Positions 41,195-57,470 of a stretch of DNA of 64,000 nt are shown here, in pieces. Every line of letters begins with the position of its first letter. Position 1 is the first letter of the stretch. The notes below the pieces were generated by a model. It was not told where the DNA came from. It saw only the letters and a program-made list of their open reading frames with translations, and did not search any database. Position numbers and translations under genes: made by a program. Source of the stretch: the human T2T-CHM13v2.0 reference genome, Homo sapiens; the NCBI RefSeq assembly GCF_009914755.1, contig NC_060934.1. The stretch is one strand, 5' to 3'.

Positions 41195-43265
41195 TATTCT
41201 GTAGACTGCTTATTGATAATTTATTTTGCTGTGCAGAAGTTCTTTAGTTTAGTAAGGTCCCTGTGTTAGTTGGCTTTGTGTCACTATAAAGAAATACTTA
41301 AGGGTGGATAATTTATAAAGAAAAGAGGATTAACTGGCTCATGATTTTACAAGCTATACAAGAAGAAGCATGGTTCCAGAATCTGCTCAGCTTCTGCTGA
41401 GGGCTCAGGAAGCTTTCAGTCATGGTGAAAAGTGAAGAAGGGGCAGGATTGTCACATCGTGAGAGTGAAAGGAAGAGAGAGAAGGAAGAGATGTTATACA
41501 TTTTAAAACAACCAGATCATGCATGAACTAACAGAACAAGAATTCACTCATCATCAAGGGGATAGTGCTAAGCCTCTCAGGAGGCATCCACGCCCATGAC
41601 AATACCTGCCACTAGGCTCCATCTTAAACATTGGGGATTATATTTCAACATGAAATTTTGAGGAGACAAACATCCCAACAATATTAGTTCCACTTGTTAA
41701 TATTTGTCTCTATTGGAATTGCTTTTGGGGATGCAGCCCCCCAATTTTTTGCGTACAAGGATGTGAAGAAGGGTATTGCCTAGGTTTTCTTCTAGGATTC
41801 TTATTGTTTGAGGTCTTACATTTAAATCTTTAATCCATCCTGAGTTAATTTCTGTATATGGTGAAAGGTAGGAGTCCAGTATCATTCTTCAGCTTGTGGC
41901 TATCCAGGTATTCCAGCAACATTGATTGAATAGGGGGTCCTTTCTCCATTTCTTGCTTTTCTCAGCTTTGTTAAATAGCAGATGGTTGCAGATTTGTAGC
42001 TTTATTTCTAGGTTCTCCATTATGTTCTATTGGTCTATGTGTCTGTTTTTGTACCAGTACCAAGCTGTATTGGTTAGTGTAGCCTTATAGCATAGCTTGA
42101 AGTCAGGTAGTGTGATACTTCTCTGGCTTTGTTCTCTTGGGTTAGGATTCCTTCAGCTATCTGGGTTCTCTTTTGGTTTATATGAATTTTGGAATAGATT
42201 TTTCTAATTCTGTGAAAAATGTCATGGTAGTTCGATAGGAATAGCATGGAATCTGTAAATTAGTTTAGGCAGTATGGCCATTTTAACAACATTGATTTCT
42301 TTAATCCATGAGTATGAAATGCTTTTCCCTTTATTTTTGTCATCTCTGACTTCTTTGAGCATTGATTTGTAATTCTCTGTGTAGAAATCTTTCACCTATT
42401 GGGCTATCTGTATTCCTAGGTATTTATTTTTTTATTTATGATTATTATAAATTGGATTGTGTACTTGATTTGGCTCTCAGATTGAACATTATTGGTATAG
42501 AAATATTACTAATTTTTGTACATACATTTTGTATCCTGGAAATTTACTGAAGTCATCTACCAGTTCTAGAAGCCTTTTGGTAGAGTCTTTAGGGTTTTCT
42601 AGGTATAGAATCATATCGTCAGTGAAGAGAGATAGGTTGACATATTCTTTTCATTTTTGGATGCCTTTTCTTTCTTCCTCTTGTCTGATTGCTCTGGCTT
42701 GGATTTCCAGGACTATGTTGATAGGAGTGGTTGGAATTGATATCCTTACCTTGTTCTGATTCTCAAGAGAATGCTTCCAGCTTTCACTCATTCAGTATGA
42801 TACTGGCTATGGGTTTGTCACAGACAGCTATCATTTTGAGGTTATGATAGCTCTTATTATTTTGAGGTATGCCCCTTTGATGCCTAGTTTCTTGAGGGTT
42901 TTGTCATAAATGTATATTAAATTGTATTGAAAGATTTTTCTGCATCCATTGAGATGACCATATATTTGTTTTCAATTGTTTATGTGGTGAATCACATTTA
43001 TTGATTTGTGTATGTTGAACCTGCCTTGCATTTCATGAATAAAGCCCACTTGATTGTGGTTTATTATCTTTTTGATGTGGTGTTGGATTAAGTTTGATAG
43101 TATTTTGTTGAGGATTTTTGATCCTGTGTTCACAAGGGATATTGGTCTGAAGTTTTAGTGTTCTGTTATGTTGTAGCCAGATTTTGGTATCAGGCTGATT
43201 TTGGCTTCATAGAGTCAGGGGGGAGCCTCCCTCTTCAATTTTCTGAAGTTTTTTCAGTAGGAGTA
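41195..43265 (-). mobile_element. L1 (L1PB/older L1PA-like) ORF2 fragment, 3'-truncated
   Basis: ORF 41697-41885 LDSYLSPYTEINSGWIKDLNVRPQTIRILEENLG is L1 ORF2. Confidence 0.9.
41262..41686 (-). mobile_element. MSTB-like MaLR solo LTR inserted in L1
   Basis: aatttataaagaaaagaggattaactggctcatg...ttggggattatatttcaacatgaaatttt; flanks gtccc/gttcc. Confidence 0.85.
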
Positions 43266-44561
43266 GTATCTAGGGATCTAGATAGGTTGCTGGGTAAAAT
43301 GGTACAACTATTTTTAGTTCTTTGAGAAATATCCATACTGTTTTCCATACAGACAATACTAATTTAGATTCCCACCAACAGTGTATAGGCATTCCTTGTT
43401 CCTCATAGCCTCACTAGCATCTGCTATTTTCTAACTTTTTATAGAATAGCCATTGTGACTGGTGTAATACTGTATCACACTGTGGTTTTCATTTGCATTT
43501 CTGTGATGATGAGTGATGTGGAGCATTTTTTCATATGTTTGTTGGTCACTTGTATGTCTTATTTTGAGAAATGTCTATTTATGGCGTTTGGCCACTTTTT
43601 AATAGGTTTATTTGATTTTCTTTTCTGGAGTTGTTTGAATTTATCCTAGATTCTGGATATTTGTACTTTCCCAGATGCATGGTTTGCAAGTATTCTCTTT
43701 CATTCTGGAGGTTGTCTATTTACTATGTTAATTATTTCTTTTGATGGGCAGATGTTGTCTAGTTTAATTAGATGTGCAGAAACTTTTTGATTTGATTAAG
43801 CCCAATTTGTCTATTTTTATTTTTGTTGCATTTGCTTTTGCGATCTTAGTCAAAAAGTTGTTGCCTAGGCCAATGTCCTGAAGAGTGTTTTCTAGGTTTC
43901 CTTTGGGGATTTTTATAGTTTCAGGTCTTACATTTAAGCCTTTAATCCACTGTGAGTTAATTCTGCATATGGTAAGAATTAGAGATCCAGTTTAATTCTG
44001 CCACACATGGCTATTCAGTTTTCCCAGCACCGTTTACTACATATGGTATCCTTTCCCACTGTACATTTTTTTTTTTTTGACGAAAGTCAGTTGGTTGTAG
44101 GTATGTGGCTTTATTTCTGGATTCTCTATTCTGTTACATTGATCTATGTGTCTATGCTCATATCAGTACAATGCTGTTTTGGTTACAATAGCCTTGTAAT
44201 ATAATTTAAAGTTAGCTAACGTGATGCATCCAGCTTTGTTCTTTTTGCTTATGATTTCTCTGGCTCTTTACGTTCTTTTTTGGTTCCATATGAATTTTAG
44301 GATTTTTTTTTCTAATTCTATGAACAATAGCATTGGTAATTTGATAGGAATTGCCTTGAATCTGTAAATTGCTTTAAGCAGTATGGTCATTTTAATAATA
44401 TATCCTTTTAAAAAGTGAGCGTGGGATGTTTTTTTCATTTGTGTCATCTACAATTTCAGCAGTGTTTTGTGGTACCCATTGAAGAGCTCTTTCATTTCCT
44501 TGGTTAAATGTATTCCTATGCATTTTATTTTATTTTGTGGCTATTATAAATAGGATTGAGT

Positions 44562-45185
44562 TTTTTTATTATACTCTAGTTCTAGGATACATGTGCAGAA
44601 TGTGCAGGTTTGTTACATAAGCATACACATGCCGTGGTGGTTTGCTACACCCATCAACCAGCCATCTACATTAGGTATTTCTCCTAATGCTATCCCTCCC
44701 TTAGCCCCCCACCCCTGACAGGCTCTGGTGTGTGATGTTCCCTTCCTCGTGTCCATGTGTTCTCATTGTTAAACTCCCACTTATGAGTGAGAACATGCGG
44801 TGTTTGGTTTTCTGTTGCTGTGTTAGTTTGCTGAGAATGATGTTTCTAGCTTCATCCATGTCCCTGCAAAGGTCATGAACTCATCCTTTTTTATGGCTGC
44901 ACAGTATTCCCTGGTGTATATATGCCACATTTTCTTTGTCCAGTCTATCATTGATGGGCATTTGGGTTGGTTCCAAGTATTTGCTATTGTGAACAGTGCT
45001 GCAATAAACATACGTGTGCATGTGTCTTTATAGTAGAATGATTTATAATCCTTTGGGTATATACCTAGTAATGGGATTGCTGGGTCAAATGGTATTTCTG
45101 GTTCTAGATCCCTAAGGAATCACCACACTGGTTTCCACAATGGTTGAACTAATTTACACTCCCACCAACAGTGTAACAGCATTTC
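44562..45185 (-). mobile_element. 5'-truncated L1PA7/8-like 3' end nested in L1
   Basis: Poly(T), L1PA 3' UTR and [24 protein letters not shown]. Confidence 0.9.
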
Positions 45186-45693
45186 CATAGTTAGGGGTGA
45201 GTTCTTGATTTTGTTCTCAGCTTTAATGATCTTGTTTTATGAAAATGCTACTGATTTTTATATGTTGATTTTGTACCCTGAAGTCATCATTTTCAAGTTT
45301 AGGAGTCTTTTGGAGGAGTGCTTAGGGTTTTCTAGGTATAAGATTATGTCATCTGTAGAAAGAGATAACCTTATGTCATCTTTTCCAACTTTGATGCCTT
45401 TTGTTTCTTTCTCTTGACTGTTCGCAATGGCTAGGACTTCCAATACCACATCGAATAGGAGTAGTGAAAATGGGTATTTTGTCTTGTTCTAGTTCTGGGA
45501 AATGCTTCAACTTTTCCCCATTTAGTGTGATGTTTGTTGTGGCTGCTTTTGCTGTATCCCAGGTGTTTTGGTATGTTGTGCCTGTAGTGTAACTCATTAA
45601 CTTTTTTTTATTTCTGCCTTAATATTGTCATTTACTCAAAGATCATTCAGCAGCAAGTTGCTTAGTTTTCATAAATAAATAAATTTGAATAGC

Positions 45694-45988
45694 TTTTTTT
45701 TTAAAACAAATCCTCACGCTGTCATCCAGGCTGTAATGCAGTGGCATGATCTTAGCTCACTGCAGCCTCAATCTTCTGTGCTCAAGTGATCCTCTGGCCT
45801 CAGCTTCGCAAGTAGTTGGGACTACAGTCATGTGCCACCATGCCCAGCTAACTGTTTTTAAATTTTCGTGTACAAAAAAGTACAAAATGATGGGGTCTTG
45901 CTAGTCTAAAACTCCTGGCCACAAGTGATCCTCTCAGCTCAGCCTCCCAAAGAACTGTGATTATAGGCATGAGTCACCATGCTCAGCC
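45694..45988 (-). mobile_element. Alu (AluJ-like) nested in L1
   Basis: gctcactgcagcctcaatcttctgtgctcaagtgatcctc. Confidence 0.88.
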
Positions 45989-47093
45989 ACATTTGTGGAG
46001 TTTTGAGAGTTTTTCTTGGTATTGATTTCTAACTTTATATCACTATGGTCCAAAGAGATACTTAATACAATTTCATATTTTTTAAATTTATTGAAACTTG
46101 CCTTATGGCCAAACATAGTATCTATTTGGGAGAATGTTCCATGCACAGATGAGAAAAGTGTATATTCTAAAGTTTTTGAGTAGAATGAATGGTAAATGTC
46201 TGTTAGGTACATTTTGTCTAGAATCTAGTATAATTCCAGTTTCTTTGCTGATTTTCTGCCTTGTTGATCTGTCTAGTGCTGTTATTAGTGTGTTGAAGTC
46301 TTTTGCTATTATTGCATTGCTGTTTATCTCTTTTCTTAGGTCTAGTAGTATTTGTTTTAAGAATATGGGTGCTCCTGTGTTGCATGCATATATATTTTTA
46401 GGATAGTAATATCTTGTTGAATTGAAATTGTCATTATTGTATATTGACTTGCTTGTCTGAACTCAACCTCCAGGCTAACAGTTGGCTCTGATAGCCAAGA
46501 GCTGCCTGTGGCACAATCAGATGGGTATGAGCTTGATCTTTCTTTAATAAGATGTGCTCTCTGGTGCTTCAGGTGATGGGTTGGTCTGTAGAATGCCCAG
46601 TGACCTGAGTTCCCTGTTCAGTCCACGGTCAGGAGGACAAAGCTGGGCAGAGTCATACCAGTGAGCTTTCCCATAAATGTCCCAATGACAAGTGTAGGCA
46701 CCAGTCCTCTTAGGGGTGGCTGGGGGAAATCCTGGTGAAATATGCTGAGGTCACCTCGGAAGGAGGAAGGCAGCACCGATTCCACTTTTGCTAAAAACGT
46801 TTTTGTGTAAAGCAATTTCTCTTTCCTCTGAAACACCTATGGAATTTGAATATCTCTAATACCTTTAGTTACACTGTAGTCCTTAACATCATCTCCACTA
46901 ATTCTATAATCTTCATAATCATTCAGGACTTGAACAACTGCCTGTATTACTTATGATGTAGCTCCCTATATAAGGCCTTGAATATTCAATACAAGATTGA
47001 TGAATCAATGAAAGCATTAACCAACTGAAACATTGATATTTGTAAGATGGTATTATTCTTTATATATTCTTACTATGTGGCATTGTGGTTAAC

Positions 47094-47392
47094 TTTTTTT
47101 TTTTTTTTTTTGAGACGGAGTCTCGCTCTGTCACCCAGGCTGGAGGGCAGTGGTACGATCTCAGCTCACTGCAAGCCTTGCCTCCCAGGTTCACACCATT
47201 CTCCTGCCTTGGCCTCCTGAGCAGCTGGGACTACAGCTGCCTGCCACCACGCCTGGCTAATTTTTTGTATTTTTAGTAGAGACAGGGTTTCACCGTGTTC
47301 GCCAGGATGGTCTCAATCTCCTGACCTCGTGATCTGCCTACCTCGGCCTCCCAAAGTGCTAGGATTACAGGCATGAGCCACGGCGCCTGGCC
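47094..47392 (-). mobile_element. AluY-like
   Basis: ctgcaagc, ttcacaccattctcc, gccaggatggtctcaatctcctgacctcgtga diagnostics; flanks ttgtggttaactttt / ttgtcattaactttt. Confidence 0.95.
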
Positions 47393-49144
47393 TTGTCATT
47401 AACTTTTTTAAATCAACATTTTATTCTTTTAAAATATCACACGAAATTTAGAAGTCTGCTTCTCTCTGCAATTAGTTCAGTACTTTACTTTTTACCTTTT
47501 AGCCTCTTACCTGACCCATCAATCCTGCTGTAATCAGATTTAAGTCTTCTCTGGCTACAGAACCCAATATACACTAAATGTTAACATCTCACAGGTATTC
47601 AGCAACTTCAGACAACATATTAAAATGACAAAACACAATCACTTTTGTCTACATTCTAAAATTCACTTGATATAATTGAATTGTAGAAATAAAGGTGAAA
47701 ACACATTCAGTACATGTTACATCAAAGAAATGTAGAGAAATTTAATGAATATTGGACAGTACTTTCAAGGAAACCTTAGTATGATTCAGAGAAAATGTTT
47801 ACTATTTGGACGTAGTGACCTAAATGAAATGCTCGCTTTTTTGATGCCTGCTCTTTATCCTATGTCATGTCACCATTGTTATCAGAACAGCACTTATTTA
47901 TTGCTCATCCAGAAAAAGATACAATTAACAATGACAACTTAAAATATATGTCCTTCTATTTTGCACAGTAAATTTTGCAAAATACGCATTACTCCTTTTA
48001 TGCCAATGGTTTCTGAACTCAAACTAGTAATCTGTCATTTTAATGACATTTGAGCTGTCAAAATAATAAGCATTTAATATAAATATTGAAGCTGCTGCTA
48101 GAACCCTAAAACAAAGGATTGCTGTAGCAGAATAATTTTCAAAACTCAGATAATAGATATAATAACATACACAGACCAAAAAACAACATTTGAAATTTTT
48201 TTCTTGGAAAACAGGAAGGATGTATAAACAGGATAAATCCAAGGTTGATAGTCATAAAGAAGGCTATGTAAACAATTACTTTTATTAAAATCGAGGCTTT
48301 AGATGTTAAAGGTGAGAAATAAAGATGAAAGTATCATATAATTTATGACCATAATGCAATATCACATAAAAGCTGTGTATGAAAGATAAAATTATTGTGT
48401 AAAAAGAACTAATTAAAATTTTATTTTACCAAGTTTAAACTGAGATACCAATTTAGTCTTCACTAATTTACTGTTTTTTTATTTATTTCACTGCAAAAGG
48501 GGTTAAAAATCCCTACATTGCTCCTTCATAGAAAGATTGTACATGCCCAACTCAATATATAGGGAAATGTTTTTAGGCTGTATAAAAGCAAGATACTAAT
48601 TTTTATTTCTCAGATAGCAAATATATATATATATAGCTACAATAATTCAGTAGCAATTTCAAGAATTAAAATTTAAGCATAGCTATCTATAGCTTATTTT
48701 GCTTATTTTCTTTCAAGTAGTCAGGTAATTTTACAAATAGCATATTTTTCCTAATAATTTGCATTAATTGAAAGAATTTTGAATAACATTTGTAGTATTG
48801 TTACATTCTATTGTTGTCTAACATATTTCTGATCATGTGAAATCTAACATAGAATATGCAAATCAATTAAATCTAAAATTTCTGTATTTACTGTGAGTAA
48901 ACAAAAAATATTTCTCTGAAAATTTTTACAGTGCTTACTGAATGAGTACTATTTTCATTAAAATAAAATCAGTTTTCTGCTGCTGTGTGTAGCAGAGAAA
49001 CTGGTAATAGGCTAGATCTGCTATAAACAAGTGAGAAACTGGATAAACCACTTTCTGATATTATACAAGAGACATTGAATGATGGGAGCCATTGACGAAA
49101 CAGAAAGTTACATGGTGAGCCCACGGATAATTTCAACTTTTAAA

Positions 49145-51414
49145 GGTTTATTTTATTGTTAATTAACACATAATAATGGTAAAAGCTTATAGAGTATGTC
49201 GTGATATTTCTAACATGTATACATTGTATAATGATAGAGTCAGGTTAATTAGGTTATCAATTACCTCAAACATTTATCATTTCTTTGTGGTAAGACCATT
49301 CAAAATCTTCTCTTCTACATATTTTGAAATGTACAATATAATATTTGAACTATAATCACCCTACTATGTAATACAATACCAGGTCTTATTATTCCTATCT
49401 ATCGTAATTTTTCACCCTTGACCAATTCTGGTGACCACTTATGCTACTTTCTATTTCATTGGAACCAGATTTTTAAGTTTTGCAGCTGTGTGAGATTATG
49501 TGGTGTTTGTCTCTCTGTGCTGCCTTATTTCACTTAGGTTAATGTCCTCTGAGTTTATCCAGGTTGCTGCAAATGACAAGATTTTATTCCTTTTTGTGGC
49601 TGAACAGTGTTTCATTGTGTGTGTATACACATATACATATGTATGTGTGTGTATATATATATATATTTCTATGCATTCATTCATTGATGGACAATTAGGT
49701 TGCTCCATAGCTTGGCTATTGTGAATGTGCTGCAATAAACATGGAAGTCCAGATATCTCTTTGACATAATGATTTCATCTCTTTTGGATAAACACACAGT
49801 AATAGGATTTCAGGATCCATATGGTAGTTCTACTTTTAATTTTTTGAAAATCACCATACTGTTTCTCATAATGGAAGTAATAATTTACATTCCTACCAAT
49901 AGTATATGAGTTATTATATCTCCACGTTCATACCAGCACTTGTTATTTTTTTGTCTTTTTTAATCTGAATAATATACATTCGGATAGATGTGAAGGGACA
50001 TTTGGTTGTGGTTTTGAAATTTATCTCCCTGATGATTAGCGACTGATATGGTTTGGGTCTTTGTCCCCACCTAAATCTCATCTTGAATTGTGATAATCCC
50101 CACATGTCAAGGGCAGGACAAAGTGGAGATGATTGAATTATGGGGATGGTTACCCCACTCTCCCCATGCTGTTTTCGTGATAGTGAGTGAATTCCAACAA
50201 GATCTGATGGTTTTACAAGGGGATTCCACCTTTGCTCAGCACCGCACTCTTCTGCTGCCTTGTGAAAAAGGACCGATTTGATTCCCCTTCCACCATTATT
50301 GTAAGTTTCCTGAGGCCTCGCCCGGCAGGTGGAACTGCAAGTCAATTATAACCCTCTTTCCCTTGTAAATTACCCAGTCTTAGGTATAGCAGCATGAGAA
50401 TCAACTAATACAGTGATGCTAAGCATTTTTTCATAAACTTGCTGCTCATTTGCATGTCTGCTTTTGAGAAATGTCTATTTATTTTGCCTATTTTAAAATC
50501 AGAGTGTTTGTTTGCAATTGATTTGTTTGAATTCCTATATATTCTGGATATTAACCTCCTGTAAGATGCATAATTTGCAAATATTTTCTCCCATTTTATA
50601 GGTTGTCATTAACTCTGTTGATGTTTTCTTTGTTGTGTACAAGCTGTTTAGTTTTATATAATCTTATTTCTTTAGTTTTGCTTTCTTTGCCTGTGCTTTT
50701 GAGTTATTATACAAATATTCTTGGCCAGACCAATTATGTGAAGCACTTTTCACATGTTTTCTTCCAATAGTTTTATAGTTTCTGCATCTTATATTTAAGT
50801 ATTTAATTCATTTTGAGTTGACTTAAGTATATTTTGAGAGATAGGGGCTTGTTTCATTCTTCTGCATGAGAATATCCAGTTTTCATAGCAACATTTATTG
50901 AAGAGACTGTTTTTACTCCAATGTGTATTTTTGTTGCCTTTTTCAAAAATCAATTGGTTGTATGAGTATGGATTGATTTCTGGGTTCCCCATTCTGTTCC
51001 ATTGGTCTATGTGACTATTTTGCTGATGCCATGCTGTTTTGGTTACTATGGCTTTGTAATATGTTTTGAAGTCAGATAGTGTGACACCACAAGTTTTGTT
51101 CTTTTTGCTCAATATAGCTTTGGTTATCTGGGGTCTTCTGTGGTTCCACAGAAACTTTAGAATTTTTTTTCTATTTCTGCAAAAAATGTCATTGGTATAT
51201 TGATAGGGATTTAACTGAATCTGTAGTTGGCTTTGACTAGTGTGGAGATTTTAACAATATTCCTTCTTCCAAACCATGAAGAAATCATATCTTCTCACTT
51301 ATTTATATAGTCTTCATTTTCTTTCATCAATACTCAGCTTTCATTGTATATATCATTTACTACCTTGGTTAAATTTATTCACAGGTAATTTTTTGTAGTA
51401 ATTGTAAATGAAAT
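49145..51414 (-). mobile_element. L1MA-like element, 3' part (continues at 57471)
   Basis: L1MA-type 3' UTR and ORF2 C-terminal relic [17 protein letters not shown]...DQWNRMGNPEINP. Confidence 0.88.
50044..50412 (+). mobile_element. THE1 (C/D-like) solo LTR nested in L1MA
   Basis: tgatatggtttgggtctttgtccccacctaaatctcatcttgaattgt...gcagcatgagaatcaactaataca. Confidence 0.92.
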
Positions 51415-51652
51415 TGCTTTCTTGATTTTTTTTTAAAATTTTTTTTTATTATACTTTAAGTTTTAGGATACATGTGCACATTGTGCAGGTTAGTTACATA
51501 TGTATACATGTGCCATGCTGGTGCGCTGCACCCACTAACTCGTCATCTAGCATTAGGTATATCTCCCAATGCTATCGCTCCCCCCTCCCCCCACCCCACC
51601 ACAGTCCCCAGAGTGTGATATTCCCCTTCCTGTGTCCATGTGATCTCATTGT

Positions 51653-55474
<3,822 letters not shown>

Positions 55475-55537
55475 TATGATGTTAGCTGGTGATTTTGCTC
55501 GTTAGTTGATGCAGTTTCTTCCTAGTCTCGATGGTCT

Positions 55538-56554
55538 TTACATTTTGGCATGATTTTGCAGCGGCTGGTACCAGTTGTTCCTTTCCATGTTTAGCGCTTC
55601 CTTCAGGAGCTCTTTTAGGGCAGGCCTGGTGGTGACAAAATCTCTCAGCATTTGCTTGTCTGTAAAGTATTTTATTTCTCCTTCACTTATGAAGCTTAGT
55701 TTGGCTGGATATGAAATTCTGGGTTGAAAATTCTTTTCTTTAAGAATGTTGAATATTGGCCCCCACTCTCTTCTGGCTTGTAGGGTTTCTGCCGAGAGAT
55801 CTGCTCTTAGTCTGATGGGCTTCCCTTTGAGGGTAACCCGACCTTTCTCTCTGGCTTCCCTTAACATTTTTTCCTTCATTTCAACTTTGGTGAATCTGAC
55901 AATTATGTGTCTTGGAGTTGCTCTTCTCGAGGAGTATCTTTGTGGCGTTCTCTGTATTTCCTGAATCTGAACGTTGGCCTGCCTTGCTAGATTGGGGAAG
56001 TTCTCCTGGATAATATCCTGCAGAGTGTTTTCCAACTTGGTTCCATTCTCCCCATCACTTTCAGGTACACCAATCAGACGTCGATTTGGTCTTTTCACAT
56101 AGTCCCATATTTCTTGGAGGCTTTGCTCATTTCTTTTTATTCTTTTTTCTCTAAACTTCCCTTCTCACTTCATTTCATTCATTTCATCTTCCATTGCTGA
56201 TACCCTTTCTTCCAGTTGATCGCATCGGCTCCTGAGGCTTCTGCATTCTTCACGTAGTTCTCGAGCCTTGGTTTTCAGCTCCATCAGCTCCTTTAAGCAC
56301 TTCTCTGTATTGGTTATTCTAGTTATACATTCTTCTAAATTTTTTTCAAAGTTTTCAACTTCTTTGCCTTTGGTTTGAATGTCCTCCCGTAGCTCAGAGT
56401 AATTTGATTGTCTGAAGCCTTCTCCTCTCAGCTCATCAAAGTCATTCTCCATCCAGCTTTGTTCCATTGCTGGTGAGGAACTGCGTTCCTTTGGGGGAGG
56501 AGAGGCGCTCTGCGTTTTAGAGTTTCCAGTTTTTCTGTTCTGTTTTTTCCCCAT
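55538..56554 (-). pseudogene. L1 ORF1 (RNA-binding chaperone), one premature stop
   Basis: MGKKQNRKTGNSKTQSASPPPKERSSSP...QNHAKM with TGA at codon 130 (56165-56167), a likely CGA to TGA CpG decay. Confidence 0.97.
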
Positions 56555-57450
56555 CTTTGTGGTTTTATCTACTTTTGGTCTTTGATGATGGTGATGGGTT
56601 TTTGGTGTGGGTGTCCTTTCTGTTTGTTAGTTTTCCTTCTAACAGACAGGACCCTCAGCTGCAGGTCTGTTGGAATACCCTGCAGTGTGACGTGTCAGTG
56701 TGCCCCTTCTGGGGGGTGCCTCCCAGTTAGGCTGCTCGGGGGTCAGAGGTCAGGGACCCACTTGAGGAGGCAGTCTGCCTGTTCTCAGATCTCCAGCTGC
56801 GTGCTGGGAGAACCACTGCTCTCTTCAAAGCTGTCAGACAGGGACATTTAAGTCTGCAGAGGTTACTGCTGTCTTTTTGTTTGTCTGTGCCCTGCCCCCA
56901 GAGGTGGAGCCTACAGAGGCAGGCAGGCCTCCTTGAGCTGTGGTGGGCTCCACCCAGTTCGAGCTTCCAGGCTGCTTTGTTTACCTGAGCAAGCCTGGGC
57001 AATGGCGGGCGCCCCTCCCCAGCCTCGCTGCCGCCTTGCAGTTTGATCTCAGACTGCTGTGCTAGCAATCAGCGAGACTCCGTGGGCGTAGGACCCTCCG
57101 AGCCAGGTGCAGGATATAATCTCGTGGTGCGCCGTTTTTTAAGCAGGTCTGAAAAGCGCAATATTTGGGTGGGAGTGACCCGATTTTCCAGGTGTGTCCG
57201 TCACCCCTTTCTTTGACTCGGAAAGGGAACTCCCTGACCCCTTGTGCTTCCCAAGTGAGGCAATGCCTCACCCTGCTTCGGCTCGCGCACAGTGCGCGCA
57301 CCCACTGACCTGCGCCCAGTGTCTGGCACTCCCTAGTGAGATGAACCCGGTACCTCAGATGGAAATGCAGAAATCACCCATCTTCTGCGTCACTCGCGCT
57401 GGGAGCTGTAGACCAGAGCTGTTCCTATTTGGCCATCTTGGCTCCTCCCC
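56555..57450 (-). promoter_or_regulatory. L1 5' UTR with internal sense promoter and antisense promoter region
   Basis: GC/CpG-rich 896-nt UTR; YY1 motif aagatggcc intact (ggccatcttggc at 57431-57442). Confidence 0.85.
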
Positions 57451-57470
57451 TGCTTTCTTGATTTTTTTTT

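Larger units (their letters stand above)
43270..46450 (-). mobile_element. Second L1 (L1PB/L1MA-like) ORF2 fragment with internal deletion near 45540
   Basis: VLEVLAIANSQEKETKGIKVGKDDIRLSLSTDDIILYLENP (reverse transcriptase) and LTDIYHSFYSKTLEYTLFSSVHGTFSQID (endonuclease). Confidence 0.88.

Noticed and set aside
43743-43800. Diverged tandem duplication of about 29 bp inside L1
   Set aside because: Common slippage product with no further signal
49914-50345. 143-aa minus-strand ORF
   Set aside because: Chance read-through across a THE1 LTR and L1MA junction
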